Positions 10,993 through 23,423 of a stretch of DNA of 64,000 bases are shown in pieces. The translations under genes were made by a program, and so were the position numbers. This DNA comes from Heterodontus francisci (lineage: Eukaryota): positions 33,849,112 through 33,913,111 of the forward strand of contig NC_090390.1 in assembly GCF_036365525.1 (NCBI RefSeq), in the 5' to 3' direction. The notes under the pieces are model-generated. The model was not told where the DNA came from. It was given only the letters and a program-made list of their open reading frames with translations, and searched no databases. The number at the start of each line of letters is the position of its first letter. Within the stretch, counting starts at the first letter, position 1.

Positions 10993-13541
10993 AATGTGCT
11001 AGGTTCACAATGTGAAATGCTTCTGGCTGAGAATCGCTCCACTTTGAGTCTTGTCTCAGGTCTATTTTGCTGTGGCCTTCATGTATCGGCTTGCATTTAC
11101 GCAGGTCTCTGGCGCTTTCCTTGCTGATGTCATGTTGCTGCACCTGTCCTCTGTTTGTTTGTGTCCTATTGTGACTTCTGGCTGAGGCTTTGGAGCCAGA
11201 TTTCTTGCAATGTGGGCCCAGTGACATTTTGCACCGCATGCCTTGCACCGGTCTTGAAATGCAGGACAACTTTGCGATGAGTGGGACAAAGTACACTTAA
11301 AACACAGCTGGCATGCTTTTTGTGACCTGGTTACCATGCCAATATTGTCAGCTGCACCTAATGCTTGCAGATGCTGTTGTCCAGCTACAATGGCTTCATA
11401 TTTCCTGCCATCTTCTAGCAATGCATCAATGCTGTGACCTTTCTTTATCCCCAAGTTGTCTTTTTGAAATGCTTCAATAGGTGTTGAGACAATCACCAGC
11501 TCCATTAGTTGCTTTGACAGCTCAGTTTCTGAAAAATTACATTTGTTGCCCTTACTATGGCATCTACTGATGTATTGATCTATTGATTCCTGTGGCTGTT
11601 GCCTGCAGGATATCAATTCCAGGCGATGAATTCTAAAATTCACTCTTACCTGAAGCTGATCTTCTAGCACTTTCCATATTTTTGCGGATCTTTCTGGTCC
11701 TCTTCAGATAAACCGGAGGTATTGATTCTGTGTCACCCCTCATTTCCAACTGCTATCGGTATTTTCGCAGCCTGCTTTTCTGGTTCTGTAACCACTTGGT
11801 CTCTGAAGCATAACTGCATTCTTTGTTTAAAAAGTTCAAACTCTGATAGGATATTAATGGCCTTCCCATTCATGCTGGTAATTTTGACATCCATCCTTCT
11901 GCAGTTCTTTTGCTTTCTGCTCTATGTATAACTTTGTTCAGTTCTGTGTGTGCCTTCAGCACTATATTTATTATAACTTTTCAATTTTGTGGCTTAAACC
12001 TGTCTTAAAACTTGTTCTATTAACTCTGCGCTGTTCCCCCTTTAAGAAATTATTTTTTTAGGCTAGCTGCTTTGATGGAGTGTGACAAGTGCTTGACAGT
12101 TTTCCGTTTATTTCGTTCTCTTTCAGTACTTTGCTGAAATGTTTATATAGCTGCTTATTGGAATTCACAGAGCTGTTCGATCGTTTTTTTTTTTGCTAGA
12201 GTTGATTTACCTTGTTCATGCTTGACTAGTTGAGTGTTTTTTTTCTCTCAGCTGTGGCTGCGTTAATGGTGACACTGCAGTGTTCGGGGTTTCCTGCACT
12301 TTTTTTTATCACTTCACCATCGGACTTTTTTTTCTTAGTTCATGCACTTTTCAGGGTTTTCCCCCTTTTTTTTCTTGCTCACACAGAGCCTTGAGAAAAT
12401 GAATTTTTAAAAACTCTTCAAAGGCTTTTTTTTGCAGGGATTTCTCAATTGTCGGCACGATGACTCACCCAATCACTTGCTTTTCAGAAACGCTTCCATT
12501 CTATGGAGCTTTCTCAGCCTTCTAAGGTATGTAGCTTTCTTTCATTCTTTCAGGTACTTGTTTTAAAGTTTCTTCACTTGTTGCTTTAAATTTTCTCTTC
12601 TGTTTTCTGTATTGCTTTTAAACCTTGTTTGCTGTTTCACCAGTGGTCTTCAAGCTTATATCTAGTCTTTTCACCACTGTTGCCACCATATCATGAGATT
12701 CTTTGTGTTATCTTAAGCAACACAATGAGGTACATGGATTCCAGTTCCTTGAAGATCTCTAGTGGGTTTATTAACAGCTAAACTAGTATATACAATACAG
12801 AGCAAACTAAATACAGAATCTTTTTCCAGCATGTTACAACGCAGAATGAACATGGCTTCTCGTCTCATGACTACATCCTGGTACTTAGCTCATTAGCATA
12901 CTGAGTTCTAAAAGGGATAACAAACATGTTTTTTGGGGGGGGGGGGGGGGTGGTCGGTGGGTATATGTAGAAGCTTAATCTTTTGTTTCCCAAATGGTAA
13001 TACTGTATAAATCACCAAATTGTAGGCAAAATATATTTAGATCCTTCCACAAAAGACCTCAAAATTTTGTGCGATTGTATTCTGTATTTGAATGATTCCT
13101 TTTGAAAAAACCTTGCATTTTTATATATTCATGAAGTATGTGTACAGCTGTGAGCATGTCGCTTAATACAGCATCCTTATCAATTTTACACACACACACA
13201 ATAAAGGTAATTCAGGTCATGTTATAAAAACTCAAACGGATTTAGTTATGTGTTATCTTTACTGTGCAAAGGCGATTGCTTTAACTAGGGATGCTAAATC
13301 CCTATTTAGAAATGAAACTTAATTGATTTTTGCAAATCTATCAGCGATGATAAGGGAGAATAGAAAAGCTTCTGCTCATTCCACGGACTTATTTTACAAA
13401 TTTTCATACTCTTGATCTAGTACCTCATGTATACTAGAGATGTATTTTATTCTCATTAAGGAAAAATATCTTACAGTTGCAGCTTGAATAACAAATTCTA
13501 GAGTTTATATAGTTGAGTTGAAAATGGCTTTTAAATTAAAA

Positions 13542-14420
13542 ATCATAGAATCATAGAACAGAATCATGTTACAGCACAAAAAGAAGCTATTTAGCCCGTT
13601 GTGTTCATGACTGCTCTCTATGAGAGCAATCTAGCTATTCCCATTCCCTCTCCTTTTCCCTGTAGCCCTGCAAAAAATTTTTCTCTTCAGATAATTATCC
13701 AGTACTCTTTTGAAAGCCATGATTGAATCTGCCTCTATCACACTCTCAGGCAGTACATTCCAGATCCTAATCACTTGATACATTAAAAAAAATTCCTCAT
13801 GTCGCTATTGGTTCTTTTGCCATTCACCTTAAATCGGTGTCCTCTTTCTTGACCCTTCCACCAATGGGAAGAGTTTCGCCCTGTCTACTCCTTCCTGCTC
13901 CTAGTTCTTATGTTCTTCTGGGTTGAACGGTTATGGAGAACAGGCAGGAAAGTGGAGTTGAGGCCGAGGTGAGATCAGCCATGATCGTATTGAATGGCGG
14001 GGCAGGCTTGAGGGGCTGAATTGCCTACTCCTGTTCCTAGTTCTTATGTTATGTTATGTTCTACTCTGTCCAGACCCCTTATGATTTTGAACACTTCTAT
14101 CAAATCTCGTCTCAACCTTCACTTCTCTAAGGAGAATAACCCTAGCTTCTTCAATTTATCCTTGTAACTGAAGTCACTCATCCCCTGAACCATTCTTGTG
14201 AATCTTTTTGCACCCTCTCTAATGCCTTGCAATACAATACCCCAGTTGAGGATGAACCAGTGTTTTATAAAGGTTTAATATAATTTCCATTGCTTTTGAA
14301 CTCTTAGCCTCTATCTGCAAAGCCCAGGGTCTCATATGCCTTTTTAACTGCTTTCTCAGCCTGCCCTGCCACCTTCAACGATTTGTACAGATATACCCCC
14401 AGGTGCTTTTGCTCTTGCAT
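13542..14420 (-). mobile_element. CR1 3' fragment with nested CR1 3' pieces (~13885-14062)
   Basis: (CATAGAAT)n reversed tail and typical CR1 3' ORF2/UTR sequence. The nested plus-strand tail ends TTCTTATGTTATG. Confidence 0.8.
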
Positions 14421-14848
14421 GAAGCAGGAGCACATGGATTATGTAGACATTGTCAGCACACAGCACAATGGTTTATTCAAGAGCCCGTCAGATGTAAAAT
14501 AAATGGTTTATTTATCGTAAAGACTACATCTTAAAACTATTCGCTTTCTTCAGCATGTATATTTTAAGTGCTGATTTTCCTTGCATGCAGCCACGCTAGC
14601 TGACAGCACAGGTGAAAATCTGCAGCCCACAGTTTTCTTACCGTTTACTTTGATGGTTGGTAAAATGTTAAGCGACTGGAAATCTTATACATGAGGTGGA
14701 CCCAAATATGCAGTTTCTGTAACATCCAAGCACTAGCTGCCAGTGGATCAACCTCCGCAGTCTGCAACTAAAGTACTCCGAGTCGCAGCATTGAAACAAG
14801 AGAGAGGGTCACCATTCAAATCATTTTTCCTCATATTTTAGAAACCAC

Positions 14849-15058
14849 TGGGGGTCATTTTAACCTAACTTGTGAGGGAAGAAACTCACGGGACCAGGTG
14901 GAACATTAATTTTACTCCTTGCCTGATATGCCTGAAGTCAACCCTCTGTTGACTTCAATGAAGAATAAAATCGGGGTGGGGGGAGGGGGGGGTGTAAAGC
15001 AGCGTTGCACCTAATCCCCTCAGTTTTCCGATAGGTGGCTCAGGTTAAAATTGCCCCC
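14849..15058. mobile_element. Short Harbinger-type MITE
   Basis: Terminal inverted repeats GGGGGTCATTTTAACCT / AGGTTAAAATTGCCCCC. Confidence 0.7.
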
Positions 15059-15414
15059 CCTATTTGTTTAAATGTGATATCCATGCCAGTGTCGTGTTAA
15101 CAGTGTGATTCCACTGCTCAGCATTAGGATTTTTATGTTGCTATGGGAGTTTATTTAGTGCATTATATCTTGGTACAGCAAGATAATTAATAATTCTACT
15201 CTTACTATACAATGAGAAATTGAAAGTGTGCAGTCTTTGGAAATCCCATTCTGTTTCTCCGTGTTGTTCCTGTTAATCATTGAGTCCAGAATTATATGCA
15301 ATTAATGGTTTGGTACGTCAAACCTCCTATTGGGACTCTGAAAGGCTGTGCCAGGAAAACATTCAGAGGATGGTAACTATGGAAATACAATTGAGAGGCA
15401 CTGGGTTTGCAAGA

Positions 15415-15810
15415 AGGAAAAAGCATTGCATTTATTCACGGTCTTTCACAGCAATTCAGTGTTATCACTGCCTTGTAGGCAAATGCAACAGGGAGTTTGC
15501 ACACAGCAACATGTCTCAAGCAGCAGTGAGCTGAATGACAAGATCACCTGCTTCTGGTGCATCCAATTGATGAATAAACATTGGCCAGAGCACTAGGAAC
15601 GATCCCTACTTTTATTTAAACAGTGACGAAAATAGGAACTTCTATACCAACCTTAGCAGGTAGACAGGGGCTCAGTTCAACAATTCATCTGAAAAATGGC
15701 CCTTCCTACAAAGTAACCGGCATTTCTCTCAGAGAAGGCCTGAAGTGGGCCTTTATTTCTCCCAACCTTCTGAATCAGGTGAAAATGCAACAAGTGACCC
15801 AAGCTGATGC
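15415..15810 (-). mobile_element. Degenerate DeuSINE/SacSINE1-like element
   Basis: Reverse-complement similarity to 52540-52958 (TTGCATTTAT tail, CACAGCAA..TCTCA, AAACATTGGCCAG). Confidence 0.45.
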
Positions 15811-16296
15811 TGCCTTTTTCTGGGTTATAGAGTTTGCAGCAACAAATCTATGCATCAACTAGAAATTTCCTTTTCACAACTAGTTTTAAATTTAATTCTT
15901 AAATTTGAGAATTTCAAACGGTTACAGCACTTTACCTGGTGTCCTGTCAAACTGTAAATGAAAAAAAACACGCGCACTGGCAATGCTTCCGGAGAAAGAA
16001 GGAGGAAATTTCTGTCTTTATTTTAAATAACTCCTTTTAGAAAAGTTAGATTGAAAATGGAACCAACTTCCCTTTCTTAGTTATAAAATGATAGACAGGA
16101 TCCCTAGCTTTTTTCTTATTCGTTCATGGAATGTGGGCATCGCTGGCCAGGCCAGCATTTATTGCCCATCCCTAATTGCCCTTGAGAAGGTGGTGGTGAG
16201 CTGCCTTCTTGAACCGCTGCAGTCCATGTGGGGTAGGTACACTCACAGTGCTGTTAGAAATGGAGTTCCAGGATTTTGACCCTGTGACAGTGAAGG

Positions 16297-17426
16297 AACA
16301 TAAGTACATTTGAACATACGAATTAGGAGCAGGAGTAGGCCACTCAGCCCTTCGAGCCTGCTTTGCCATTCAATAAGTTCATGGCTGAACTGATTACTCC
16401 ACATTTCCACCTATCCCCGATAACCTTCCACCCCCTTGCTTATCAAGAATCTATCTACCTCTGCCTTAAAAATATTCAAAGACTCTGCTTCCATCGCCTT
16501 TTAAGAAGAGAATTCCAAAGACTCACGACTTTCTGAGAGAAAAAATATTTCCTCATCTCTGTCTTAAATGGGTGACCCCTCACTTTAAACAGTGACCGCT
16601 AGTTCTAGATTCTCCCACAAGGGGAAACATCCTTTCCTCATCTACCCTGTCAAGACCCCTCAGGATTTTATATGTTTCAATCAAGTCGCCTCTTATTCTT
16701 CTAAATTCCAGCAGATACAAGCCTAGCCTGTCCAATCTTTCCTTGTAAGACAGCCCGCCCATTCCAGGTATTAGTCTAGTAAACCTTCTCTGTACTGACT
16801 CCAATGCATTTACATCCTTCCTTAAATAAGGAGACCAATACTGTACACAGTACTCCAGATGTGGTCTCACCAATGCCCTGTATAGCTTGATTTTTTTTTA
16901 AGTTTTAGTTTTAGAGATACAGCACTGAAACAGGCCCTTCGGCCCACCGAGTCTGTGCCGACCATCAACCACCCATTTATACTAATCCTACACTAATCCC
17001 ATATTCCTACCACATCCCCACCTGTCCCTATATTTTCCCTACCACCTACCTATACTTGGGGCAATTTCTGATGGCCAATTTACCTATCAACCTGCAAGTC
17101 TTTGGCATGTGGGAGGAAACCGGAGCACCCGGAGGAAACCCACGCAGACACAGGGAGAACTTGCAAACTCCACACAGGCAGTACCCGGAATTGAACCCGG
17201 GTCGCTGGAGCTGCGAGGCTGCGGTGCTAACCACTGCGCCACTGTGCCGCCGCTGAAGCATACTCTCCCTACTTTTGTATTCAATTCCCCTCACGATAAA
17301 TGATAACATTCTATTAGCTTTCCTAATTATGTGCTGTACCTGCATACTAACCTTTTGTGATTCTTTGCCCACTCACTTACCGATCTATATCCGTTTGTAG
17401 CCCCCTTATGTCCTCTTCACAAGTTA
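16297..17426 (-). mobile_element. CR1 3' fragment
   Basis: [33 protein letters not shown]. Confidence 0.92.
16891..17251 (-). mobile_element. HE1/V-SINE, full length, nested in CR1
   Basis: Reverse complement begins GGCGGCACAGTGGCGCAGTGGTTAGCACCGCAGCC, followed by a V-domain and a CR1-type tail. Confidence 0.93.
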
Positions 17427-20400
17427 CGGTGATATAGTTCCAAATCAGGATGGTGTGTGGCTTGGAGGGAAACTTGCAGGTAGTGATGTTCCCATGCATC
17501 TGCTGCCCTTGTCCTTCTAAATGGTAGAGGTCGCAGGTTTGGAAGATGCTGTCTAAGGAGCCTTGGTGTGTTGCTGCAGTGCATCTTGTAGATGGTACAC
17601 ACTGCTGTCACTGTGTGTCGGTGGTGGAGGGAGTGAATGTTTGTGGATGGGGCGCCAGTCAAGTGAGCTGCTTTGTCCTGGATGGTGTCGAACTTCTTGA
17701 GTTGGAGCTGCACTCATCCAGGCAAGTGGAGAGTATTCCATCACACTCCTTACTTGTGCCTTGTAGATGGTGGACAGGCTTTGGGGAGTCAGGAGGTGAG
17801 TTATTCACCGCAGAATTCCTAGCCTCTGACCTGCTCTTGTAGCCACAGTATTTATATGGCTACTCCAGTTCAGTATCTGGTCAATGGTAAACCCCAGGAT
17901 GTTGATAGTGGGGGATTCAGCGATGGTAATGCCAATGAATGTCAATAGCTGTTGCAAAAACAGATGATGTAAGAATTTCCTTTGAAGATTGGTGGTCGGG
18001 GGAATGTACATGTACAACTTTGTCAGATTGTGAAGGAAATAACCCTAATTTCACAGAATACTGAGTTGTTAGGACAATCTTTTATAAGGGGTGGTACCTG
18101 ACTTGGAGAAATGTGCAAAAGAAAACAGCGATTTCCAGAAAATAACATTATATGTGGTTTATTAACTTCTCAGATTAACGGCTTTCTTTACGTAAAGGGC
18201 TGTGACATGAAAGTAGCACCATCACAGCTCATGCTGCTAAACTTTAGTTCAAGGAATACCACCTAACTCCATGGACAAACCTGACTGTTCCATCTCAAAG
18301 TCCTGTTGATGATTAGAGACTATGAGAAACAACACTTTAAAAGAAAGGCTTATTAATCCCTTGCGGACTGATTATACCAACCCCACATTAAAACCTGGGC
18401 TGCTATCAGCCAATGCTCGCCAATCACCACCAATACCTCTCTCCTCTAATCAACCCCTCCCTCACAAACAATACTACCCTTCCTCCTGGTTGGTACCCCC
18501 TGTTGATCTCACCCCTTTCTAGTCCCTTTTAAGGGCTTATCTGAGGGCCGTTGCTGGTGTTGCAGTGGCCTGATCGTCGAAGCCTTCTGATACCTGATGG
18601 GAGTCTGCACACAGCTCACCAATTCGATGATGATGAGGCCCAATGCCAAATATTAGGTACACCTCTGGCCTATCCATTCAGACATAGGAACATTTCCTGT
18701 GCCCAGTTTATGCCGGCCAAGGCCAAAGTGAGATAGACTTAAAGGGCTAGTAAGAGGGAAGGAGCTTTTTGGACCTGGAATGCAGACCTAGCAGATTTGC
18801 CATTTTAAAGTCATACATTCTGTCTTTACTTTTCTATTTCCAATATAAATTCTTACGTCAACATTTATAATTAAAACTGTCTATTGTAACCTTGTCACAC
18901 TGGCAGGAGGGTGTAATTATAATGTGACTAGCTTACAATAGGCAATTTCCATTATAAATGTAGGCATAGGAATTCAAAGTGAAAAAAGTTGGCATGATTT
19001 ACAGAAATACTATATATCTTAAAAGAAACAAATAAAAAGTCCATACGGATACTTGGTCATCCTTTAAACAAAACCTTGGATTCTGATATAGTAGATTCAG
19101 TCAGTTTCTTTGCGGATAAAACTTTCTCGGAGGGAAAGTGATCTGTGCCCAGGATCAGCTGGGTGGGTCAGAGCACACACCTGGTTCAGAACTCGCCCAG
19201 CTTTCCATCCATTTAAATATAAATTAAAGGAGAGGAATCAGGTGGGCTTCTTTATAGGCATTTGCTCCAACCCCCTCCTCAACCCATGATTTTCTTTTAT
19301 TTGCAGTACCCAGATGACCCAGTTTGAAATCTCCTCCACCATTTCAGTATATTGCATTGTATCACCTCCCACATGCAGGGAAAGAAAGCTTTTTGTCTGA
19401 TAACCGACCAGAATATGAGAGAGCCTCAGGTCCTGTTTCAATATTTAACCCCTCAAATCTCATAATACTTCCAATTTCTTGTCAAACCACACTCCAGAAT
19501 ACTCCATATCTTGATAATGGGGGAGTGGGTTATTAAAATGAATGATCACATTTTGACAGAAAAACACCGTTTCACAAGTCTGTGGAATACAAACATTGGC
19601 TTAATAAGTTTTACTTTAACATGAAATAAACTAAGAAGAAGATCAAATGATTCAGTTTGTACTTTAAGATATTCAAACTTTGTTACAACTGTGGGTACTT
19701 CTGACAGACGACTGTCTGGAAACATTCAAAATATGGCTGGAAAATCAAACCACTGAAACATAAGGGATACTGCAGTCATTCCACATTTTTGTGATCCATT
19801 AAATGCACTGACAAAAATCACATTTCATGTTTTGCTGATACTGTAGCAAATAAACAACATCCACAGCATCCTGTCAGGGGAATCGACTGCTACTGGTCAT
19901 GTGCCCTGCTGAATATAAATTGTCTGTGTGCTGAAGCTAATAACAAACCCCATATTTTTCTGCCCAGTTGGTGCCTCTGGGTTCTGACAGTTCTTGAGTC
20001 TTTCAGTGCGCCAGAATGGTAATGGTGAATAAGACATTGTATAGTGCTTATAAAGACGTGACACTCAATTATACCCATTTTATGCAATGTGACAATAATC
20101 AACTATTTTTTCCTGCGAGTCTAGAGTTTGTAACCTTTATTTAAATATGCACAATTAAACAAAGCAGGAGAATTTTTTTTGTAGAAAAGGAGGCCGCCTG
20201 TTTTTTATTTGTATTCTTATGGTATAAAAAGAAAAAAATGTTAGATTTATTCAGATAGGTGTCATCTATGTTTAATGTATTAATAATGTACATCCTCTAC
20301 ATATTAATGTGGACACAATGGGCTGAATGGCCTCTTTCTGCACTGTAATTATTCTGTGATTCTGAGGTCAAAGACAGTTTTAGAAGCTGAATTAGGATAT

Positions 20401-21169
20401 GATTACGTTTCCCACATCTATTACCTTGACAAAAGACCTGGCACATCACTAAAAGGCTTTGTTAGGTCATCTTTGTTCTGGTTATTATTTATTGCTGGTA
20501 ATATATCCAAAATGCAAGGTGGTCTTGAGCTTAATCTCAAGCAGCATCTTAGACATATCTCAATCGAACTGATCTTCACCCCACTGATGTACTGAGACTA
20601 TTTATCAAGACATAATTTGGAATTGAGACAAGAAGCAGAAATAAATCCTTTTGTAATCCACTTGAGGTCAATCGTAGGAAGTTAGGAATGTACAGGACTG
20701 GAAAATGCACCAGTGCTATCCATTGGGCTACTCATAGTGTCTAGACAATACTTCCCCAACCCCTCTATTAAAAGTTTCTATTTACCTTGTCGGTTTTGCA
20801 ATTATGCAGGTAAAGTGTGAATTTTATCTGCTCATTTGTACCAGCTTTTACAAATAATACAATATGGTTACTTTCTATGAAGATAACATGAACGTTCAAG
20901 CTAAAGGTGATTTTTATTTTCCATACCTCCTCACATCTCAGGTCATTAGCTAAAAGTTCTGCCGGGATCAACACAATTGAATCCACTATAGGCAGTTGTG
21001 AAATAAAAAGCGCTCCTGTTTCAATCATCACCCATGCACTGTATAAGAAACTCAAAGGGTTCTTGGCTTCTGTGAGGTAACTAGTAGTCAAATGAGATCC
21101 TGCCATAAATTAGTCAATCTTGCTTGCGCTGATAGCAAGTTTATAATAAACAGAACCACTTCAAACACA

Positions 21170-21272
21170 ATAATACAAATGCAAAATAATGCAGATGCTG
21201 GAAATCTGAAAGAAAAACAGGAAATGCTGGAAATACACAGCAGGTCTGACAGCATCTGAGAAGAGAGAAAAA
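21170..21272 (-). mobile_element. Penelope-like terminal fragment
   Basis: AATGCAGATGCTGGAAATCTGAAA..AAATGCTGGAAATA..CAGCAGGTCTG.CAGCATCTG. Confidence 0.7.
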
Positions 21273-21511
21273 CACTTAAAGCACAAGCCTTGGCTCTTGG
21301 TGCTACAGAAGCCACTAACTTAATATTGCAGCAGAATCGATCTCAAGGGTATCAACAGAGGATCAAATGTGAATGTGAAAGCTGTTGAAAGTGTGGTTGC
21401 TCGATTGTGATTTCTCAGAAGCTTCATTCAGGGCAACGGTGTAAGCATTTAACCTGTCCAAGGCCACAGAAATTACATTAAAAAAGCAACATGTTGCAAC
21501 AATGGTCTGCC

Positions 21512-22220
21512 ATGACTGATGATAGGTCATACACCTGAAACGTTGGGAGACAGAGAGGGTACGGAGGAGACAGAAAATAGCCAAAGAACCCAGCAAGGCC
21601 GAGGACATGGAGATACTACTATTCTTATGGGCACTGCCTCATTAATATACTGCATCTGGGCCTGCCCCCCGGCAGCCAGTTGAATAGACAGCCTGGCAGG
21701 CAGGCGGAAGGGAGCATTAGCAACAGGAGGTCATAGCCAGAGTCCTTGAGGATGGCTCCCAGCACCAGGAAAGAAGCTTTGGTTGGCAGTCAGGAGGGAG
21801 TAAGCCTGTACTCGGGAGGGCTGAGGCCGAGTAGGGAGGCTGGAGATCGGGCCTGAAGTTTTAAAAGAACCACTTACATTGGGGGATTCTTGATTCAAAT
21901 GCCAGGAATTACAAAGATTGGGCCTCCCCCTCACTTTCTGTTGAATTTAAATAGTTGCTCGGATTATGTCAGCAGGCCGTGACTTTGTGTGGTAGTTAGA
22001 GGCCCGGCTGCTTTTTGCAGGAGTCTCAGCCATTTCCTGAATTATTTACTTCAAAATTAAAATGGGTGGAAATTGGGTCAGGTCGGAGTCAGATTGTCCA
22101 ATCCTGATAGTTTAGCCCACCCCCACCCTCTCCCCAGGGTGGAGTGAGGATAAAATCTATCAACTCTGTCCCTCTTTCCACAGATGCTGAATGTTTTCCT
22201 TGGAATTACTGTTTTTATTG
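21512..22220 (+). mobile_element. PLE terminal fragment with a hammerhead motif split by a ~610-bp MITE-like insert (21545-~22158)
   Basis: CTGATGATAGGTCATACACCTGAAACGTT|GGG...insert...TAAAATCT|ATCAACTCTGTCCCTCTTTCCACAGATGCTG. Confidence 0.7.
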
Positions 22221-22440
22221 GCATAGGAATTATATTTGGCAACATGGGATAAAATGCCTCTGCAAATAGTGCCCCAATTCAGCAAGTAGCAGGAATGGTG
22301 CCCAATTTATTTTGTATTGCTGTGACTGAAGTCATGGCAGAGCTTTTCAGTCCATTGCTCTAACACATACATATGGAATGTAAGTGATGAGCACTATTAA
22401 ACTGAACTAAAGTCTGATAAATGCGAATGATTGAAACATC

Positions 22441-23382
22441 TGTTACAACCGAGGCGGGAGTAATGCCCTGTCAATTCAGTCCCACTACTCCACAGGTTAT
22501 AGCATATTATTAAAATTTTCCCACCTACTGGAAATTAGCCAAATTAAACATTTTAGTAACCAAACCAGTATTCTTTAAACAACAACAAATTAACTATTTA
22601 TTAATAAACTAAATCTTAAACAATATTGAGATAAACCTATGTCTAAAGACTTTATTACTTCTTATTTCTTGATCCTAATGCACACACACATACATTCAAA
22701 AACCAACAGTTAACCAGCTTAAAAATTATGTTTTTTAGGAATAAATAAGTAGCTGGGTTGTGGGTTATAGTCTAGATTGGTGAGGTGTCCCAGAGTAGAA
22801 TAATCAGATGCCACTCAAAGTCTCCAGGCGAATTCGACAAACAGACCCTAAGGGATAGGTATTTAAAGCACTTCAGTTGCAGCAGGCATCACACAGTTCT
22901 TTCAACAAGGAGTATAGCAACAGGTCTATTTGGATTTTAAAATTGGTAATCTTTCAGTAGAAACTTTACTGAGAATTCCAGCAAACACAAACAGACAACA
23001 GAGATTCAGTTCTGAGGCAAAGACCTCTTAGAGTTTGGAAGTGAAAAAAGGAATTTACGACCTCCAAGAATGTTGTTTTACCTGTTTAGGCAATAACACA
23101 ACTTGAATCTCATGAAGATTTTTCTACTGAGATATAGATCACTTCTTCCTTCAGAGCATGCTTCACTGGTATCCAGATCAGACTGGTTTTAGCCAGTCTT
23201 TTTTACACAGTCAAAAGTTACAATACACTATGTAACCTCCTCTCTCTCCTTCTGTTGCCTAAGGAACAGGTGCAGCTGCTGGCACACTGTGCCCCTTAGT
23301 TTTTAAAGGCACACTGTTTTAAAGAGTCTTAAAGGCACACTGTTTTTAAACAGAGGATTAAAAAAAAAACAGTTCCATGACA
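22441..23382. mobile_element. Solo LTR (Gypsy)
   Basis: TGTTACA...CATGACA termini, perfect 4-bp TSD CATC (22437-40, 23383-86), related to the LTR at 6974. Confidence 0.9.
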
Positions 23383-23423
23383 CATCCTAGTGTGATCCTT
23401 ATATCAGCATTATCAATCTGGCT

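Larger units (their letters stand above)
7421..12922 (-). mobile_element. Gypsy LTR retrotransposon (gag-PR-RT-RH), 3'-truncated, decayed, with 5' LTR at ~12689-12922
   Basis: Gag with CxxC..H..CPA..C..C at 11062-11880. Protease KIDTGA at ~9330-9355. RT (RVCIDPRHLN, SKLDAKHGYW, RLPFGLS, IANDI) at 8379-8903. RNase H (ETDHKPL) at 7748-8284. PBS TGGTGGCAAC next to the LTR. Confidence 0.9.
16110..17945 (-). mobile_element. CR1/L2-group LINE 3' fragment (16110-16296 + 17427-17945) hosting a nested CR1 and SINE
   Basis: MEYSPLAWMSAAPT..DTIQDKAA..NIHSLHHR..YKMHCSN. The host sequence GTGAAGGAAC|GGTGATATAGTTCC is rejoinable across the insertion. Confidence 0.8.

Noticed and set aside
18090-18130. Possible 4-nt minus-strand microexon (CCAAG|TCAG|GTACC)
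   Set aside because: The AAG acceptor and the donor are weak, so it is indistinguishable from chance without reads.
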